Source: an uncultured Candidatus Rokubacteria bacterium (GTDB lineage Bacteria; Methylomirabilota; Methylomirabilia; Rokubacteriales; DASRDR01). Taken from it: a DNA stretch of 64,000 bases. Below are positions 30,178 through 51,690 of this stretch, in pieces. The notes under the pieces are model-generated. The model searched no databases. It saw only the letters and a program-made list of their open reading frames with translations, and was not told the origin of the DNA. Each line of letters starts with the position of its first letter. Position 1 is the stretch's first letter. The position numbers were made by a program, and so were the translations under genes. The stretch covers positions 64,001 to 128,000 of the forward strand of contig CAVPSB010000032.1 of assembly GCA_963708025.1 (NCBI GenBank). The letters are read 5' to 3'.

Positions 30178-30999
30178 CTACTTCCTCCGCCGCGAGACGA
30201 TGTAGCGATCGGATGGCTTGCGCCGTCGCGTCTTGGCGCCCTTGGTCGGCTTCCCCCACGGTGTCATCGGGTGGTTGCCCTTGCCCCGGCCCTCGCCGCC
30301 GCCCATCGGGTGGTCGACCGGGTTCATCGCCACACCGCGAACGGTCGGCCGGATCCCGAGCCAGCGCGAGCGGCCGGCCTTGCCGATGGTGACGTTTTCG
30401 TGATCGAGGTTCCCGACCTGGCCGATCGTCGCCATGCACCTCATGTGGATGAGCCGGATCTCGCTGGAGGGGAGCTTGATGTGGGCCATCTCCCCTTCCT
30501 TCGCGACGAGCTGGGCGCCGGTCCCGGCGCTCCGGCAGAGCTGCGCGCCCTTGCCCGGTTGAAGCTCGATGTTGTGGATGGTGGTGCCGGCCGGAATGTT
30601 TCGGAGCGGCAGCGCGTTGCCGGGCAGGATGTCCGCGCTCGGGCCCGACACCACGGTGTCGCCCACCTTCAGGCCCACCGGGTGGATGATGTACCGCTTC
30701 TCCCCGTCGCGATAGTAGAGCAACGCGAGCCGGGCCGATCGGTTGGGGTCGTACTCGATCGCCGCCACCTTGGCCGGGATCCCCGCCTTGTCCCGCCGGA
30801 AATCGACGAGGCGGATCTTCCGTTTGTGGCCGCCCCCGATGTGCCGGGTCGTGATGCGGCCGTACGAGTTCCGGCCGCCGCTCCGCTTCTTCGTCACGGT
30901 GAGCCGCTTCTCGGGCTCGGTCTTCGTGATCTCGTCGAAGCTGAGAATGGTCATGAACCGCCGGCCGGGCGACGTTGGCCTCAGACTCTTCACTGCCAT
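30178..30999 (-). CDS. rplB: 50S ribosomal protein L2
   Basis: [25 protein letters not shown]. Confidence 0.98.
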   Translation of the reverse strand: MAVKSLRPTSPGRRFMTILSFDEITKTEPEKRLTVTKKRSGGRNSYGRITTRHIGGGHKRKIRLVDFRRDKAGIPAKVAAIEYDPNRSARLALLYYRDGEKRYIIHPVGLKVGDTVVSGPSADILPGNALPLRNIPAGTTIHNIELQPGKGAQLCRSAGTGAQLVAKEGEMAHIKLPSSEIRLIHMRCMATIGQVGNLDHENVTIGKAGRSRWLGIRPTVRGVAMNPVDHPMGGGEGRGKGNHPMTPWGKPTKGAKTRRRKPSDRYIVSRRRK

Positions 31000-31020
31000 G
31001 GCGTTATGCTTTCTCTCGGC

Positions 31021-31196
31021 GGGGCCGAGGAGCGAGCAGCGCCCCCAGGCCGAAGGCCGTCCGCCACAGGCCGGAGGCCGTCCGATGGACGCAGGGAGTC
31101 GCCGACCGCAGGCGTACTCCCAGTACGCCGAGGATCGGCGACGACCCCGAAGGCCGAAGGCCGTCCGAACGACGATGGGATGCGACGGGTATCGGC
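31021..31196 (+). repeat. Family A element between rplW and rplB (three modules)
   Basis: Near-identical to the reverse copy at 61983; hairpin GGCGTACT-CCC-AGTACGCC. Confidence 0.9.
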
Positions 31197-31200
31197 ACGG

Positions 31201-31488
31201 CTAGCTCTCGAACAGCTCGATCTTGCTGCCTTGACCCAGCGTCACGATCGCCTTCTTCCACGATGGCCGGCGCCCGACGTATCGGCCCATCCGCTTCTCC
31301 TTGCCGAAGACGACCTGGGTCCGGACGCCGGTCACCTTGACCTTGAAGATCGCCTCCACCGCGTGGCGGATCTCGATCTTGTTCGCGTCCGTGGCGACCT
31401 GGAAGCTGATCTGGTTGTGCTCGTCCTTGAGCGTCGTCGCCTTCTCGGTCACCAGCGGGCGCAGGACGATCTGTCGGGGGTCTCTCAT
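31201..31488 (-). CDS. rplW: 50S ribosomal protein L23
   Basis: [21 protein letters not shown]. Confidence 0.97.
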   Translation of the reverse strand: MRDPRQIVLRPLVTEKATTLKDEHNQISFQVATDANKIEIRHAVEAIFKVKVTGVRTQVVFGKEKRMGRYVGRRPSWKKAIVTLGQGSKIELFES

Positions 31489-32117
31489 GACTGCAGCCAC
31501 TCCTGGACCCGCAGCAGCGCCTGGCGCTCGAATACGACCCGCGGGTGTCGGAGCACCCCGGCCACCGCGACCTGGTTCGGCCGCGCCACCGACAGCCACG
31601 GGATGTTCCGGCTCCCGCGGTCCAGGGTCTCGTTCAGCTCCGCGACCACCAGGAGCGTCGGCTCCCCGCCGGTCAACCCCAGTCCCCGCAGCAGGCCGAT
31701 CATCGCCTTGGTCTTCGGCTCGGCCAGCGAGAGCCCGTCGATGACGGTGAGCTGGCCAGCGGCCAGCTTGTCCGTCAGCGCCGCCCGCAGCGCCGCCCGC
31801 CGCGCCTGCCGCGGCATGTCCTGGACGTAGCTCCGGGGAGTCGGACCGAAGGGCTTGCCGCCGCCCTTCCACTGCGTGGCCCGGATCGACCCCTGGCGGG
31901 CCCGCCCCGTCCCCTTCTGGCGCCACGGCTTCTTGCCGCCGCCCGACACCTCGCTCCGTCCCTTCGTGTCGTGCGTCCCGGCCCGAGCGCCCGCCCGCTC
32001 GCGGACAACCGCCCGGTGGACGAGTCCAACGTTGACGGGCGCCGCGAACACCTTCGCATCGAGCTCGAGCGTTTCACGAGTCTTCCCGGTCTGATCGATG
32101 ACGGTCACGCTCGGCAT
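31485..32117 (-). CDS. rplD: 50S ribosomal protein L4
   Basis: [15 protein letters not shown]. Confidence 0.97.
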   Translation of the reverse strand: MPSVTVIDQTGKTRETLELDAKVFAAPVNVGLVHRAVVRERAGARAGTHDTKGRSEVSGGGKKPWRQKGTGRARQGSIRATQWKGGGKPFGPTPRSYVQDMPRQARRAALRAALTDKLAAGQLTVIDGLSLAEPKTKAMIGLLRGLGLTGGEPTLLVVAELNETLDRGSRNIPWLSVARPNQVAVAGVLRHPRVVFERQALLRVQEWLQS

Positions 32118-32121
32118 GGTC

Positions 32122-32793
32122 TCAGGCCTTCTTGGTGGCTTTCTGCTGGCTCTTCGACAGCTTGACGCTCTTGCGAACGAGGACCAGCCCGCCGGTCGCC
32201 CCGGGGACCGCGCCCCTGACCAGGAGCAGGTTCTGTTCCGCCATCACGCGCACGACCTCCAGGTGGGCGACGGTCCGCCGGACGGCGCCCATCCGCCCCG
32301 GGAGCCGGTGACCCGGGAAGACCCGCGAGGGATCCGACGAGGCGCCGATCGAGCCGGGCGCTCGGTGGAACATCGAGCCGTGGGTGGCGTCGCCGCCGGA
32401 CCAGCCGTGGCGCTTGACACCGCCCTGAAAGCCCTGGCCCTTGGTCACGCCGCTCACGTCCACCAGCTCGCCCGGGTTGAAGACGTCCACCGTCACCGCC
32501 TGCCCGACCTGGTAGCCCTCGGTCGTCTTCAGGCGCACCTCCCGCAGCGTCCGGGTTGCCCCGACGTTGGCCTTCTTGAAGTGCCCGGCCATCGGCTTGT
32601 TGACGTTCTTCTTCTTCGGCTCGAACCCGATCTGGAGCGCCTCGTAGCCGTCGCTGGCCTGGGTCTTCACCTGCACCACCGTGCACGGGCCCGCCTCCAG
32701 GACCGTGACCGGGATGATGTTCCCGTCGTCACCGAATACCTGGGTCATGCCGCGCTTCCGCGCGACGAGCCCCAAGGTCATCGCCTTACCCAT
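32122..32793 (-). CDS. rplC: 50S ribosomal protein L3
   Basis: GMTQVF, KGQGFQG.VKRH, HRAPGSIG. Confidence 0.97.
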   Translation of the reverse strand: MGKAMTLGLVARKRGMTQVFGDDGNIIPVTVLEAGPCTVVQVKTQASDGYEALQIGFEPKKKNVNKPMAGHFKKANVGATRTLREVRLKTTEGYQVGQAVTVDVFNPGELVDVSGVTKGQGFQGGVKRHGWSGGDATHGSMFHRAPGSIGASSDPSRVFPGHRLPGRMGAVRRTVAHLEVVRVMAEQNLLLVRGAVPGATGGLVLVRKSVKLSKSQQKATKKA

Positions 32794-32822
32794 GGTGCGG
32801 CTTCCTCCTAGCGGGCACCGTC

Positions 32823-33001
32823 GTGCCAGGCCGAGAACCGAGCAGCCCTAGGACGCAGGGAGGAGGCCAGCCGAGACGTACGCCCGGGTACGTTGAGGCT
32901 GGCCGACGACCGAGGACGACCATAGGCCGGGACGGCCGCGAGGCCGCCGGCCGAGCGCGTCCCGGCCGAGGTAGAGGTCGCGAAGGTTATCGGCATGGCA
33001 C
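32823..33001 (+). repeat. Family A element between rpsJ and rplC (no GAA module)
   Basis: GTGCCAgGCCGAgAACC...GGTTaTCGGCaTGGCAC terminal stem; inner GGCCAGCC/GGCTGGCC. Confidence 0.9.
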
Positions 33002-33312
33002 TACAGCTTGATCTCGACGTCGACGCCCGACGGCAAGTCCAGCTTCATCAGCGCGTCCACCGTCTGTGGCGTCGGGTCGAGGATGTCCAGCAGTCGCTTG
33101 TGCGTCCGGATCTCGAACTGCTCGCGGGACTTCTTGTCCACGTGCGGGGAACGGAGGACGGTCCAGCGGTTGATCGCGGTCGGCAGCAGGACGGGGCCCG
33201 CCACGCGGGCGCCGGTCCGGCGCACGGTCTCCACGATCTCCTTGACCGACCGGTCCAGCAGGCGATGGTCGTACGCACGGAGCCGGATCCGGATCTTCTG
33301 GTCGACGATCAT
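33001..33312 (-). CDS. rpsJ: 30S ribosomal protein S10
   Basis: [24 protein letters not shown]. Confidence 0.98.
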   Translation of the reverse strand: MIVDQKIRIRLRAYDHRLLDRSVKEIVETVRRTGARVAGPVLLPTAINRWTVLRSPHVDKKSREQFEIRTHKRLLDILDPTPQTVDALMKLDLPSGVDVEIKL

Positions 33313-33349
33313 TGCCACGGAAGGTCCCTCCGCCTCGGGGCTGCGCCGT

Positions 33350-34546
<1,197 letters not shown>

Positions 34547-34551
34547 CCCTC

Positions 34552-34692
34552 ACGTCCTCCATCCCGGCCACGACGCGCTCGGCCTCCCGGCCGTCGCGGC
34601 TCTGGGCATCCGGCCGGTGCGCGCTCGGCCCCGACCGTTCGTGCGACCTTCGGCTCGGGGGCGCCCCTCCCGACCTCGGGCTCGACCCGGGT
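34552..34692 (-). repeat. Degenerate family A element between fusA and tufA
   Basis: Reverse complement AGGCCGAGCGCGTCGTGGCCGGGATGGAGGACG resembles 22162-22194; the other end GGGTCGAGCCCGAG resembles 22009. Confidence 0.6.
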
Positions 34693-34693
34693 C

Positions 34694-36799
34694 TCAGCGG
34701 TATCCCGCCCGGGCCGGGGCCCGGCCGGCGACCTTGGCCATGATCTCCTCGGCCAGGGCGGCGGGGATCTCCTCGTAGCGCGCGAACTGCATGGTGTACG
34801 TGGCGCGTCCTTGCGTCATCGAGCGGAGGTCGGTCGAGTAGCCGAACATCGAGGACAGGGGCACCGTCGCCCGGATGACCTGCGAGGAGCCCCGCGCCTC
34901 CATCGAGACGATGCGGCCTCGCCGGGCGGCCAGGTCCCCGTGCACCGCGCCCATGTACTCTTCCGGGGTCACGACCTCGACCTGCATGATCGGCTCGAGC
35001 AGCACCGGGGCCGCCCTCCGGACGGCTTCCTTGAACGCCATGGAGCCGGCGATCTTGAACGCCATCTCGGACGAGTCCACCTCGTGGTAGGAGCCGTCGA
35101 GCAGCGACACCTGGATGTCCACCATCGGGTAGCCCGCCAGGACGCCACTCTCCATCGCTTCCCGGATCCCTTTCTCCACCGCCGGGATGTACTCCCGGGG
35201 AATGGAGCCGCCCACGATCTTGTTCTCGAAGATGAACCCGGTCCCGGCCTCGACCGGCTCGATCTCGATCTCGACGTCGCCGTACTGACCGCGGCCCCCG
35301 GTCTGCCGGACGAACCGGCCCCGGGCTTCGGCCTTCCGCCGGATCGTCTCGCGGTACGCGACCTGGGGCCGGCCCACGTTGGCCTCGACCTTGAACTCCC
35401 GCTGGAGCCGATCGACGATGATCTCCAGGTGCAGCTCGCCCATGCCCGAGATCAGGGTCTGGTTCGTCTCCGGGTCCACCGCGACCTTGAAGGTCGGATC
35501 CTCGAGCGCCAGCCGGCCCAGCGACAGGCCGAGCCGCTCCTCGTCGGCCTTCGTCTTCGGCTCGATGGCGACCGAGATCACCGGCGCGGGGAAGTCCATC
35601 GACTCCAGCACGATCGGATGATCCTCGTCGCAGAGGGTGTCGCCGGTCCGGGCGAACTTGAGCCCGATCGCGGCCGCGATGTCGCCGGCCGCCACCGCCT
35701 CGATGTCCTCGCTCTTCCTGGCGTGCATGCGGAGAAGCCGTCCCACCCGCTCCTTCTTCTGCTGGGACGAGTTGTAGACGTGCGAGCCCGCCTGGAGCGT
35801 GCCGGAGTAGACCCGGACGAAGACCAGCTGCCCGACGAAGGGGTCGTTCATCAGCTTGAAGGCCAGCGCGGCGAACGGCGCGTCGTCGGACGCCGGCCGG
35901 ACCTCGGGCTCGCGGGTCTCCGGATTGAGGCCTTGAATCGGGGGAATGTCGAGCGGCGACGGGAGGTAATCCACGACCCCGTCGAGGAGAGGCTGCACGC
36001 CCTTGTTCTTGAACGAAGCCCCGCAGAACACGGGCACGATCTTCATGGAGAGCGTCCCGGCCCGGATCGCAGCCTGCATCTCCTCGCGGGAGATCTTCTC
36101 GTCGCCGAGGTACTTCTCCATGAGCCGCTCGTCGATCTCGGAGAGCGCGGCGACCATGTGCTCGCGGTACTCCTTCACGATCGGCGCCTGGTCGGCCGGG
36201 ATCGGGAGGCGCTCGAAGCTCTGGCCCTGGCCGTCCTCCGGCCACACCAGCGCGACCTCGTCCACCAGATCGAGGACACCCCGGAAGCCGTCCTCCTTGC
36301 CGAACGGGAGCTGGACCGTCACCGGGGTCGCGCCGAGCCGGCTCTTGATCATCTCGACCGACCGGTAGAAGTCGGCGCCGGTCCGGTCCATCTTGTTGAC
36401 GTAGGCGATCCGCGGCACCCGGTACTTGTCGGCCTGGCGCCAGACGGTCTCCGTCTGCGGCTCGACCCCGGCCACCGCATCCAGGATCGCCACCGCCCCG
36501 TCCAGGACCCGGAGCGAGCGCTCGACTTCCATCGTGAAGTCAACGTGGCCCGGCGTGTCGATGATGTTGATGCGGCAGTCCCCCCAGAAGCAGGTGGTGG
36601 CGGCGGAGGTGATGGTGATGCCCCGCTCCTGCTCCTGCACCATCCAGTCCATCGTCGCCGTCCCCTCGTCCACCTCGCCGATCTTGTAGGACCGGCCGGT
36701 GTAGTAGAGGATGCGCTCGGTGGTCGTGGTCTTCCCGGCATCGATGTGCGCCATGATGCCGATGTTCCGTGTCTTGTCCAGCGGGTACTGCCGTTCCAT
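34694..36799 (-). CDS. fusA: Elongation factor G
   Basis: [28 protein letters not shown]. Confidence 0.99.
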   Translation of the reverse strand: MERQYPLDKTRNIGIMAHIDAGKTTTTERILYYTGRSYKIGEVDEGTATMDWMVQEQERGITITSAATTCFWGDCRINIIDTPGHVDFTMEVERSLRVLDGAVAILDAVAGVEPQTETVWRQADKYRVPRIAYVNKMDRTGADFYRSVEMIKSRLGATPVTVQLPFGKEDGFRGVLDLVDEVALVWPEDGQGQSFERLPIPADQAPIVKEYREHMVAALSEIDERLMEKYLGDEKISREEMQAAIRAGTLSMKIVPVFCGASFKNKGVQPLLDGVVDYLPSPLDIPPIQGLNPETREPEVRPASDDAPFAALAFKLMNDPFVGQLVFVRVYSGTLQAGSHVYNSSQQKKERVGRLLRMHARKSEDIEAVAAGDIAAAIGLKFARTGDTLCDEDHPIVLESMDFPAPVISVAIEPKTKADEERLGLSLGRLALEDPTFKVAVDPETNQTLISGMGELHLEIIVDRLQREFKVEANVGRPQVAYRETIRRKAEARGRFVRQTGGRGQYGDVEIEIEPVEAGTGFIFENKIVGGSIPREYIPAVEKGIREAMESGVLAGYPMVDIQVSLLDGSYHEVDSSEMAFKIAGSMAFKEAVRRAAPVLLEPIMQVEVVTPEEYMGAVHGDLAARRGRIVSMEARGSSQVIRATVPLSSMFGYSTDLRSMTQGRATYTMQFARYEEIPAALAEEIMAKVAGRAPARAGYR

Positions 36800-36894
36800 C
36801 GAACTTTCCGTTCCTTCCCTTCGTCAGACGCTCCGGCCCCGGGGACAGAGCCACGCGGGGCGCGGTCGGGGTACCGAGGTACCGGTTCTCTGGT

Positions 36895-37365
36895 CTACCA
36901 GCGATAGTGCGCGAAGGCCTTGTTGGCCTCCGCCATCCGGTGGGTGTCCTCCCGCTTCTTCACGGAGGTCCCCCGGTTGTTGGCCGCGTCCAGGAGCTCC
37001 GCGGCCAGGCGTTCCTGCATCGTCTTCTCGGGGCGCTTGCGGGCGAACCCGACGATCCAGCGCATCGATAGGGACGTCCGCCGCTCGGGGCGCACCTCGA
37101 CCGGCACCTGGTAGGTCGAGCCGCCGACCCGCCGCGACTTCACCTCGAGCGCCGGCTTCACGTTGTCCACCGCCTGCTTGAAGAGCTTCAGCGGATCCTG
37201 CTTCGCCCGATCGCCCATCATGTCCAGCGCCCGGTACATCATCCGCTCGGACACGCTCCGCTTGCCGGCCTTCATCATCGAGTTGATGAACTTCGCCACC
37301 AGCCGGCTCCCGTACTTGGGATCCGGCGTCACTTCCCGTTTCCGAATGATCGCCCTGCGCGGCAT
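36895..37365 (-). CDS. rpsG: 30S ribosomal protein S7
   Basis: [25 protein letters not shown]. Confidence 0.98.
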   Translation of the reverse strand: MPRRAIIRKREVTPDPKYGSRLVAKFINSMMKAGKRSVSERMMYRALDMMGDRAKQDPLKLFKQAVDNVKPALEVKSRRVGGSTYQVPVEVRPERRTSLSMRWIVGFARKRPEKTMQERLAAELLDAANNRGTSVKKREDTHRMAEANKAFAHYRW

Positions 37366-37376
37366 CTTGGAACTCC

Positions 37377-37763
<387 letters not shown>

Positions 37764-37819
37764 TCAGGTCCCTCGAGGCTAGTGCCGTGGTGGCGGCAAG
37801 CCCAGTGCAAAACTCACCA

Positions 37820-37848
37820 TTTATAGCAGCCATGGCCTTCTCAGTCAA
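37820..37848 (-). promoter_or_regulatory. Putative sigma70 promoter of str/S10 operon
   Basis: TTGACT-17 nt (ending TGc)-TATAAA. Confidence 0.65.
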
Positions 37849-37869
37849 CCCCTCCACGGCACCGCGCCC

Positions 37870-42117
<4,248 letters not shown>

Positions 42118-42135
42118 TCGCTCTCCTCCTTGGCA

Positions 42136-42196
42136 TCGGGCCGATGTCGAGCGTCTCGCCTCTGGGCGTCCTCGATCTGCTTGGTTCTCGACCCGA
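42136..42196 (-). repeat. Internally deleted mini family A element between rpoB and rpoC
   Basis: Reverse complement TCGGGTCGAGAACCAAGCAG..GGACGC..ATCGGCCCGA retains both ends. Confidence 0.6.
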
Positions 42197-42198
42197 CA

Positions 42199-46218
<4,020 letters not shown>

Positions 46219-46272
46219 CTATTCCCTCATCAGCGCCGGTCCGACAACCGTCGCCTCCCGTCGTCCATCTTC

Positions 46273-46302
46273 CAGCCGTCGGCAGCCGTCGGCAGCCGTC
46301 GG
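46273..46302. repeat. Tandem 10-mer x3 (CAGCCGTCGG)
   Basis: Direct repeats in the rplL-rpoB spacer, followed by a degenerate module (GGACTGCCCTTCGGCC). Confidence 0.8.
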
Positions 46303-46391
46303 ACTGCCCTTCGGCCGGCGGGAGCGACTCGACTCTCGGCCCGACGCGGGTCGGCGGTTCACGCACACTCCAACGACGTGACTCGCCTTCC

Positions 46392-46784
46392 CTATCGGAT
46401 CTCCACGCTGGCGCCGACTTCCTCCAGCTTTTTCTTCATGTCTTCCGCCTCCGCCTTGGACACCTTCTCCTTCACCGGCTTGGGCGCCTCGTCGACGACC
46501 GCCTTGGCCTCCTTGAGGCCCAGCCCGGTCAGCTCCCGGACGACCTTGATCACCTGGATCTTCTTCTCGCCGGCCGCGTTCAGGACCAGGTCGAACTCGG
46601 TCTTCTCCTCTTCGACGGCCGCCGGCGCCGCCCCGTGGCCTCCGGCCCCCGGCATCGCCGCCATCGCCATCGGCGCCGCGGCCGACACGCCCCACTTCTC
46701 CTGCAAGAGCTTGGAGAGCTGGGCCGCCTCCAGTAGCGTCAGGCCGTCCAGCTGCTCCGCGATCTGCTCGACCTTCGTTGCCAT
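46392..46784 (-). CDS. rplL: 50S ribosomal protein L7/L12
   Basis: [27 protein letters not shown]. Confidence 0.98.
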   Translation of the reverse strand: MATKVEQIAEQLDGLTLLEAAQLSKLLQEKWGVSAAAPMAMAAMPGAGGHGAAPAAVEEEKTEFDLVLNAAGEKKIQVIKVVRELTGLGLKEAKAVVDEAPKPVKEKVSKAEAEDMKKKLEEVGASVEIR

Positions 46785-47363
46785 CTATCCCTCCTGGGAG
46801 GTTATGTGGACTTCCGTTGCATCCGCGGCGCCGTCGCCGGCCCCGTTCGTGGGCGCCGCCTTGCCACGCTCGGCCAGGATGTACACCAGCTCCCGGTGGG
46901 GCGCGTTGAGGAGCCCCACCAGCTGGGCCAGCGGTCCTTGGACGGCACCCACGATCTGGCCGCGCAGCGCCTCGCGGCTCGGCATGTCGGCCACCGCCCG
47001 CAGCTCCTTCGGCTCCAGGAGCTGGCCGTCGATGACGCCCATCTTGACCGAGAGCGCCGGGTGCGTCCGGGCGAACGCCGTCAGCGCCTTGGCCACCGCC
47101 ACCGGGTCCTTCCGCACGATCACCAGGCCGATGGGCCCCGTGAGGTGCTTCTGGAGGGGCGCCAGCGGCGATCCCTCCATCGCGATGCGGGCCAGCCGGT
47201 TCTTCACGACGCGGTACTCGGCCGCCGCCACCTTGAGCTGCTTGCGCAGCTCCGAGAGCTGCTGCACGGTGAGCCCACGGTACTCGGTCAGCACCGCCGC
47301 CTGGGCGCCGGCCAGCCGCCCTTTCAGCTCGTCGATCATGTCCGCCTTCGCCTGGGTCGGCAC
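46785..47363 (-). CDS. rplJ: 50S ribosomal protein L10
   Basis: EYRGLTV..LSELR, VVKNRL. Confidence 0.97.
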   Translation of the reverse strand: MPTQAKADMIDELKGRLAGAQAAVLTEYRGLTVQQLSELRKQLKVAAAEYRVVKNRLARIAMEGSPLAPLQKHLTGPIGLVIVRKDPVAVAKALTAFARTHPALSVKMGVIDGQLLEPKELRAVADMPSREALRGQIVGAVQGPLAQLVGLLNAPHRELVYILAERGKAAPTNGAGDGAADATEVHITSQEG

Positions 47364-47375
47364 GGGGTCCCCTTT

Positions 47376-48083
47376 CTACGTCTTCTTGTACAGGTTCGCG
47401 ACACGCTGGACGTCCACGGAGACGCCGGGACCCATCGTCGTCGACAGGGTGATGCTCCGGAGGTACTGGCCCTTGGCGCCGGGCGGCTTCGCCTTCACCA
47501 GCGCCTCCAGCACCGCGTTCGCATTCTCGGTGAGCCGCTCGGCCGGGAACGACTTCTTGCCGATCGGCACGTGGATGTTGCCGGCCTTGTCCACCTTGAA
47601 CTCGACCTTCCCGGCCTTGACCTCCCGCACCGCCCGGGTGATGTCGAAGGTGACGGTCCCGACCTTCGGGTTCGGCATCAGGCCACGCGGCCCGAGGATC
47701 TTGCCCAGCCGCCCCACCTGCCCCATGAGATCGGGCGTGGCGACGGCGGTGTCGAAGTCGAGCCAGCCGCCCTGGATCTTCTCGACCATGTCCTCGGCCC
47801 CGACGAAGTCGGCGCCGGCGTCCCGGGCCTCCCGCTCCTTCTCGCCCTTGGCGAAGACCAGGACCCGCACCGACTTGCCGGTGCCGTGCGGCAGCACCAC
47901 CGCGCCCCGGACCATCTGATCCGCGTACTTCGGATTGACGCCCAGCCGCACCGCCACCTCGACGGTCTCGTCGAACTTGGCGTAGGCGACCTTTCGCGTC
48001 AGCTCGACCGCGTCCTCGACCGGATACTCCTTCGTCTGGTCGATCTGCTCGAGGGCCTTCGCGAACCGCTTTCCGACGGCCAT
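47376..48083 (-). CDS. rplA: 50S ribosomal protein L1
   Basis: [25 protein letters not shown]. Confidence 0.98.
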   Translation of the reverse strand: MAVGKRFAKALEQIDQTKEYPVEDAVELTRKVAYAKFDETVEVAVRLGVNPKYADQMVRGAVVLPHGTGKSVRVLVFAKGEKEREARDAGADFVGAEDMVEKIQGGWLDFDTAVATPDLMGQVGRLGKILGPRGLMPNPKVGTVTFDITRAVREVKAGKVEFKVDKAGNIHVPIGKKSFPAERLTENANAVLEALVKAKPPGAKGQYLRSITLSTTMGPGVSVDVQRVANLYKKT

Positions 48084-48092
48084 GGTTCCTCC

Positions 48093-48518
48093 CTACCCGA
48101 CCACTTCGATGCCCATGCTCCGGGCCGTCCCCTCGACGATCCGCATGGCCTGCTCGACGTTGTCGGTGTTCAGATCCGGCAGCTTGGTCTGCGCGATCTC
48201 CCGGACCTGGGTTCGGCTCACCTTCCCGATCTTGTCCTTGAGCGGGTTGGCCGACGCCTTCGCGATGCCGGCCGCCCGCTTGAGCAGGATCGAGGCCGGC
48301 GGCGTCTTCACCACGAAGGTGAAGGACCGGTCGGCGTAGATCGTGACGACCACGGGGAGGATCAGACCCTCCTGGGAGTTCGTCTGGGCGTTGAAGCCCT
48401 TGCAGAACTCCATGATGTTCACGCCGTGCTGGCCCAGCGCCGGCCCCACCGGGGGCGCCGGGTTGGCCTTGCCGGCCGGGATCTGGAGCTTGACCATCGC
48501 CTGGACTTTTTTCGCCAC
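48093..48518 (-). CDS. rplK: 50S ribosomal protein L11
   Basis: [19 protein letters not shown]. Confidence 0.98.
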   Translation of the reverse strand: MAKKVQAMVKLQIPAGKANPAPPVGPALGQHGVNIMEFCKGFNAQTNSQEGLILPVVVTIYADRSFTFVVKTPPASILLKRAAGIAKASANPLKDKIGKVSRTQVREIAQTKLPDLNTDNVEQAMRIVEGTARSMGIEVVG

Positions 48519-48692
48519 TAGAGTCGCTCCACCTTGGACTCGTCGAGCTCGAGCCGCGTCGGGCGCCCGAACACCCGCACGACGACGCTCACCCGAGCGT
48601 GCTCGGAATCCGCGTCCTGAACCTGTCCCCGGAACCCACGGTACGGACCGGTGATGATGCGGGCCTCGTCGCCACGCTGGAGGGCGACCACC

Positions 48693-49229
48693 CTAGATCC
48701 GCTCCACCTGGTAGTACTCGAGCTCGACGGGGGTCAGCCGCCCGAAGATCGCCACCATGACCTTGAGCTTCCCCCGCTCGGGATTCATGTCCTCGATGAT
48801 CCCGGTGAAGTTCACGAACGGGCCTTCGACCACCCGCACCTTGTCGCTCTTCTGGAAGATGGACTTCGGCTTGGGCTTCTCGGCGCCCGCCTCCATCTGG
48901 CGCAGGATCTCGTCCACCTCTTCGCGCGGGATCGGGGTCGGCCGGGTGCCGGAGCCGACGAAGCCGGTCACTTTGGGCGTGGACTTCACCAGGTGCCAGG
49001 AGTCGTCGGTCATCTCCATCTCGACCAGCACGTAGCCCGGGAAGAACTTCTGCGGGGTGATCCGCTTCTGCCCCTTCCGGACCTCGACGACCTCCTCGGT
49101 CGGGATGACCACCTGGCTGATCTGCTCCTCCTGGCCGAAGATCTTCGCCCGCTGACGGATGGCCTCGGCGACCTTGTTCTCGAACCCGGAGTAAGTGTGC
49201 ACCACGTACCACTGCTTCGGCATGATCAC
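48693..49229 (-). CDS. nusG: Transcription factor NusG
   Basis: [22 protein letters not shown] domain. Confidence 0.98.
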   Translation of the reverse strand: MIMPKQWYVVHTYSGFENKVAEAIRQRAKIFGQEEQISQVVIPTEEVVEVRKGQKRITPQKFFPGYVLVEMEMTDDSWHLVKSTPKVTGFVGSGTRPTPIPREEVDEILRQMEAGAEKPKPKSIFQKSDKVRVVEGPFVNFTGIIEDMNPERGKLKVMVAIFGRLTPVELEYYQVERI

Positions 49230-49232
49230 GTC

Positions 49233-49439
49233 CTATGCCCGCCCGACGAACCGGAAGAGTTGATACACGATGGCGGACAGCGCCTGATCCACCGCGAACA
49301 GGAACACCGCCAGCACCAGGACCACGATGATGACGACCGTCGTCGAGCCCATGACCTCGCGACGGCTGGGCCAGCTCACCTTCTTGAACTCGACCAGCAC
49401 GTCGTGAAAGAACTCGCGGACCTTGTTCAGCCACTCCAT
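49233..49439 (-). CDS. secE: Preprotein translocase SecE
   Basis: [10 protein letters not shown] followed by a TM. Confidence 0.95.
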   Translation of the reverse strand: MEWLNKVREFFHDVLVEFKKVSWPSRREVMGSTTVVIIVVLVLAVFLFAVDQALSAIVYQLFRFVGRA

Positions 49440-49447
49440 AGATGTCT

Positions 49448-49520
49448 TCGGAGGGGGTCTCGGAAGACCCCCTCCGAGGCCTCCCCCCCGGATTCGGTTG
49501 CGCGGGCGAAGCCCGCGGCC
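49448..49520. repeat. Family F palindrome downstream of tRNA-Trp
   Basis: CGGAGGGGGTCT-CGGA-AGACCCCCTCCG plus CGCGGGC-GAA-GCCCGCG; a related unit lies at 49648-49683. Confidence 0.75.
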
Positions 49521-49559
49521 TCGCTCGCCTTACTGCTCCGCCCCACTCCGTCTCGCGTC

Positions 49560-49636
49560 TGGCAGGCCAGGAGGGATTCGAACCCCCATCCCCCGGATTT
49601 GGAGTCCGGTGCTCTAGCCGTTAGAGCTACTGGCCT
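49560..49636 (-). tRNA. tRNA-Trp (CCA)
   Basis: Cloverleaf AGGCCAG...CT CCA AA...GTTCGAATC...GCCA. Confidence 0.97.
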
Positions 49637-49647
49637 GATGCCCGTGC

Positions 49648-49683
49648 CGGAAGGGGTGTCGGAACACCCGCTCCGAGACCTCC
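49648..49683. repeat. Family F palindrome upstream of tRNA-Trp
   Basis: CGGAAGGGGTGT-CGGA-ACACCCGCTCCGAGACCTCC; compensatory change relative to the 49448 copy. Confidence 0.7.
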
Positions 49684-49715
49684 ATTCGGTCACGGCGACT
49701 CTGCCGCCGCTCCGC

Positions 49716-49868
49716 CTATTTGGTTTCCTTGTGGGCCGTGTGCTTCCGGCACCAGCGACAGAATTTCTTGAGCTCGAGCCGGTCGGGATGCGTCCGCCGG
49801 TTCTTGGTCTGGGTATAGTTCCGCCGCTGACAATCGCCGCACGCCAGGGTGATGATCTCGCGTGGCAT
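49716..49868 (-). CDS. rpmG: 50S ribosomal protein L33
   Basis: Manual translation [23 protein letters not shown]...[20 protein letters not shown]. Confidence 0.97.
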   Translation of the reverse strand: MPREIITLACGDCQRRNYTQTKNRRTHPDRLELKKFCRWCRKHTAHKETK

Positions 49869-49874
49869 GGTCGG

Positions 49875-51070
<1,196 letters not shown>

Positions 51071-51150
51071 CCTGTCCTCCTAGCGCGGGGCCGGCCCACT
51101 TCGTCCGGCGCCGGCCTCGGTGGTGTCGGCGCGGGGGAGCGCCGAAAAGC

Positions 51151-51226
51151 TGGAGCCCATGACCGGACTTGAACCGGTGACCCCGTCCTTACCAAGGACG
51201 TGCTCTACCGACTGAGCTACATGGGC
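51151..51226 (-). tRNA. tRNA-Thr (GGT)
   Basis: GCCCATG...TT GGT AA...GTTCAAGTC...TCCA. Confidence 0.97.
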
Positions 51227-51287
51227 GCCCGACATCCGTCTGTCCCTGGCATGTGCCCGACCGCGATCGGGCGCTCTCAACCCGATA

Positions 51288-51362
51288 TGGAGCGGGAAAC
51301 GGGATTTGAACCCGCGACCCCCAGCTTGGAAGGCTGGCGCTCTACCCCTGAGCTATTCCCGC
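51288..51362 (-). tRNA. tRNA-Gly (TCC)
   Basis: GCGGGAA...CT TCC AA...GTTCAAATC...TCCA. Confidence 0.97.
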
Positions 51363-51401
51363 CCGCGTGTTCCATTCGTCTCACCCACGTCAGCCGACGG
51401 G

Positions 51402-51487
51402 TGGTGGCGAGGGGAGGATTTGAACCCCCGAAGGCGTTCGCCAGCAGATTTACAGTCTGCCCCCTTTGGCCACTTGGGTACCTCGCC
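51402..51487 (-). tRNA. tRNA-Tyr (GTA)
   Basis: Long variable arm; CT GTA AA; ACCA end. Confidence 0.97.
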
Positions 51488-51571
51488 GTCGATCCGTCTG
51501 CTCGCAGGGTCGGCCTTCTGAGGATCGAGCCGGACTCCGTCTCCGCCGGGGCCCGCCCGTCCCGCAACCGG

Positions 51572-51646
51572 TGGAGCTGGCGAAGGGATTTGAACCCCCG
51601 GCCTGCTGCTTACAAGGCAGCCGCTCTACCCCTGAGCTACGCCAGC
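51572..51646 (-). tRNA. tRNA-Thr (TGT)
   Basis: GCTGGCG...CT TGT AA...GTTCAAATC...TCCA. Confidence 0.97.
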
Positions 51647-51661
51647 AAGCGACAAAACTTC

Positions 51662-51690
51662 ATCCTATGTGTCGGGTCCGCCTCTGTCAA
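51662..51690 (-). promoter_or_regulatory. Putative sigma70 promoter of tRNA-tufB operon
   Basis: TTGACA-17 nt-TAGGAT, 15 nt before tRNA-Thr. Confidence 0.75.
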
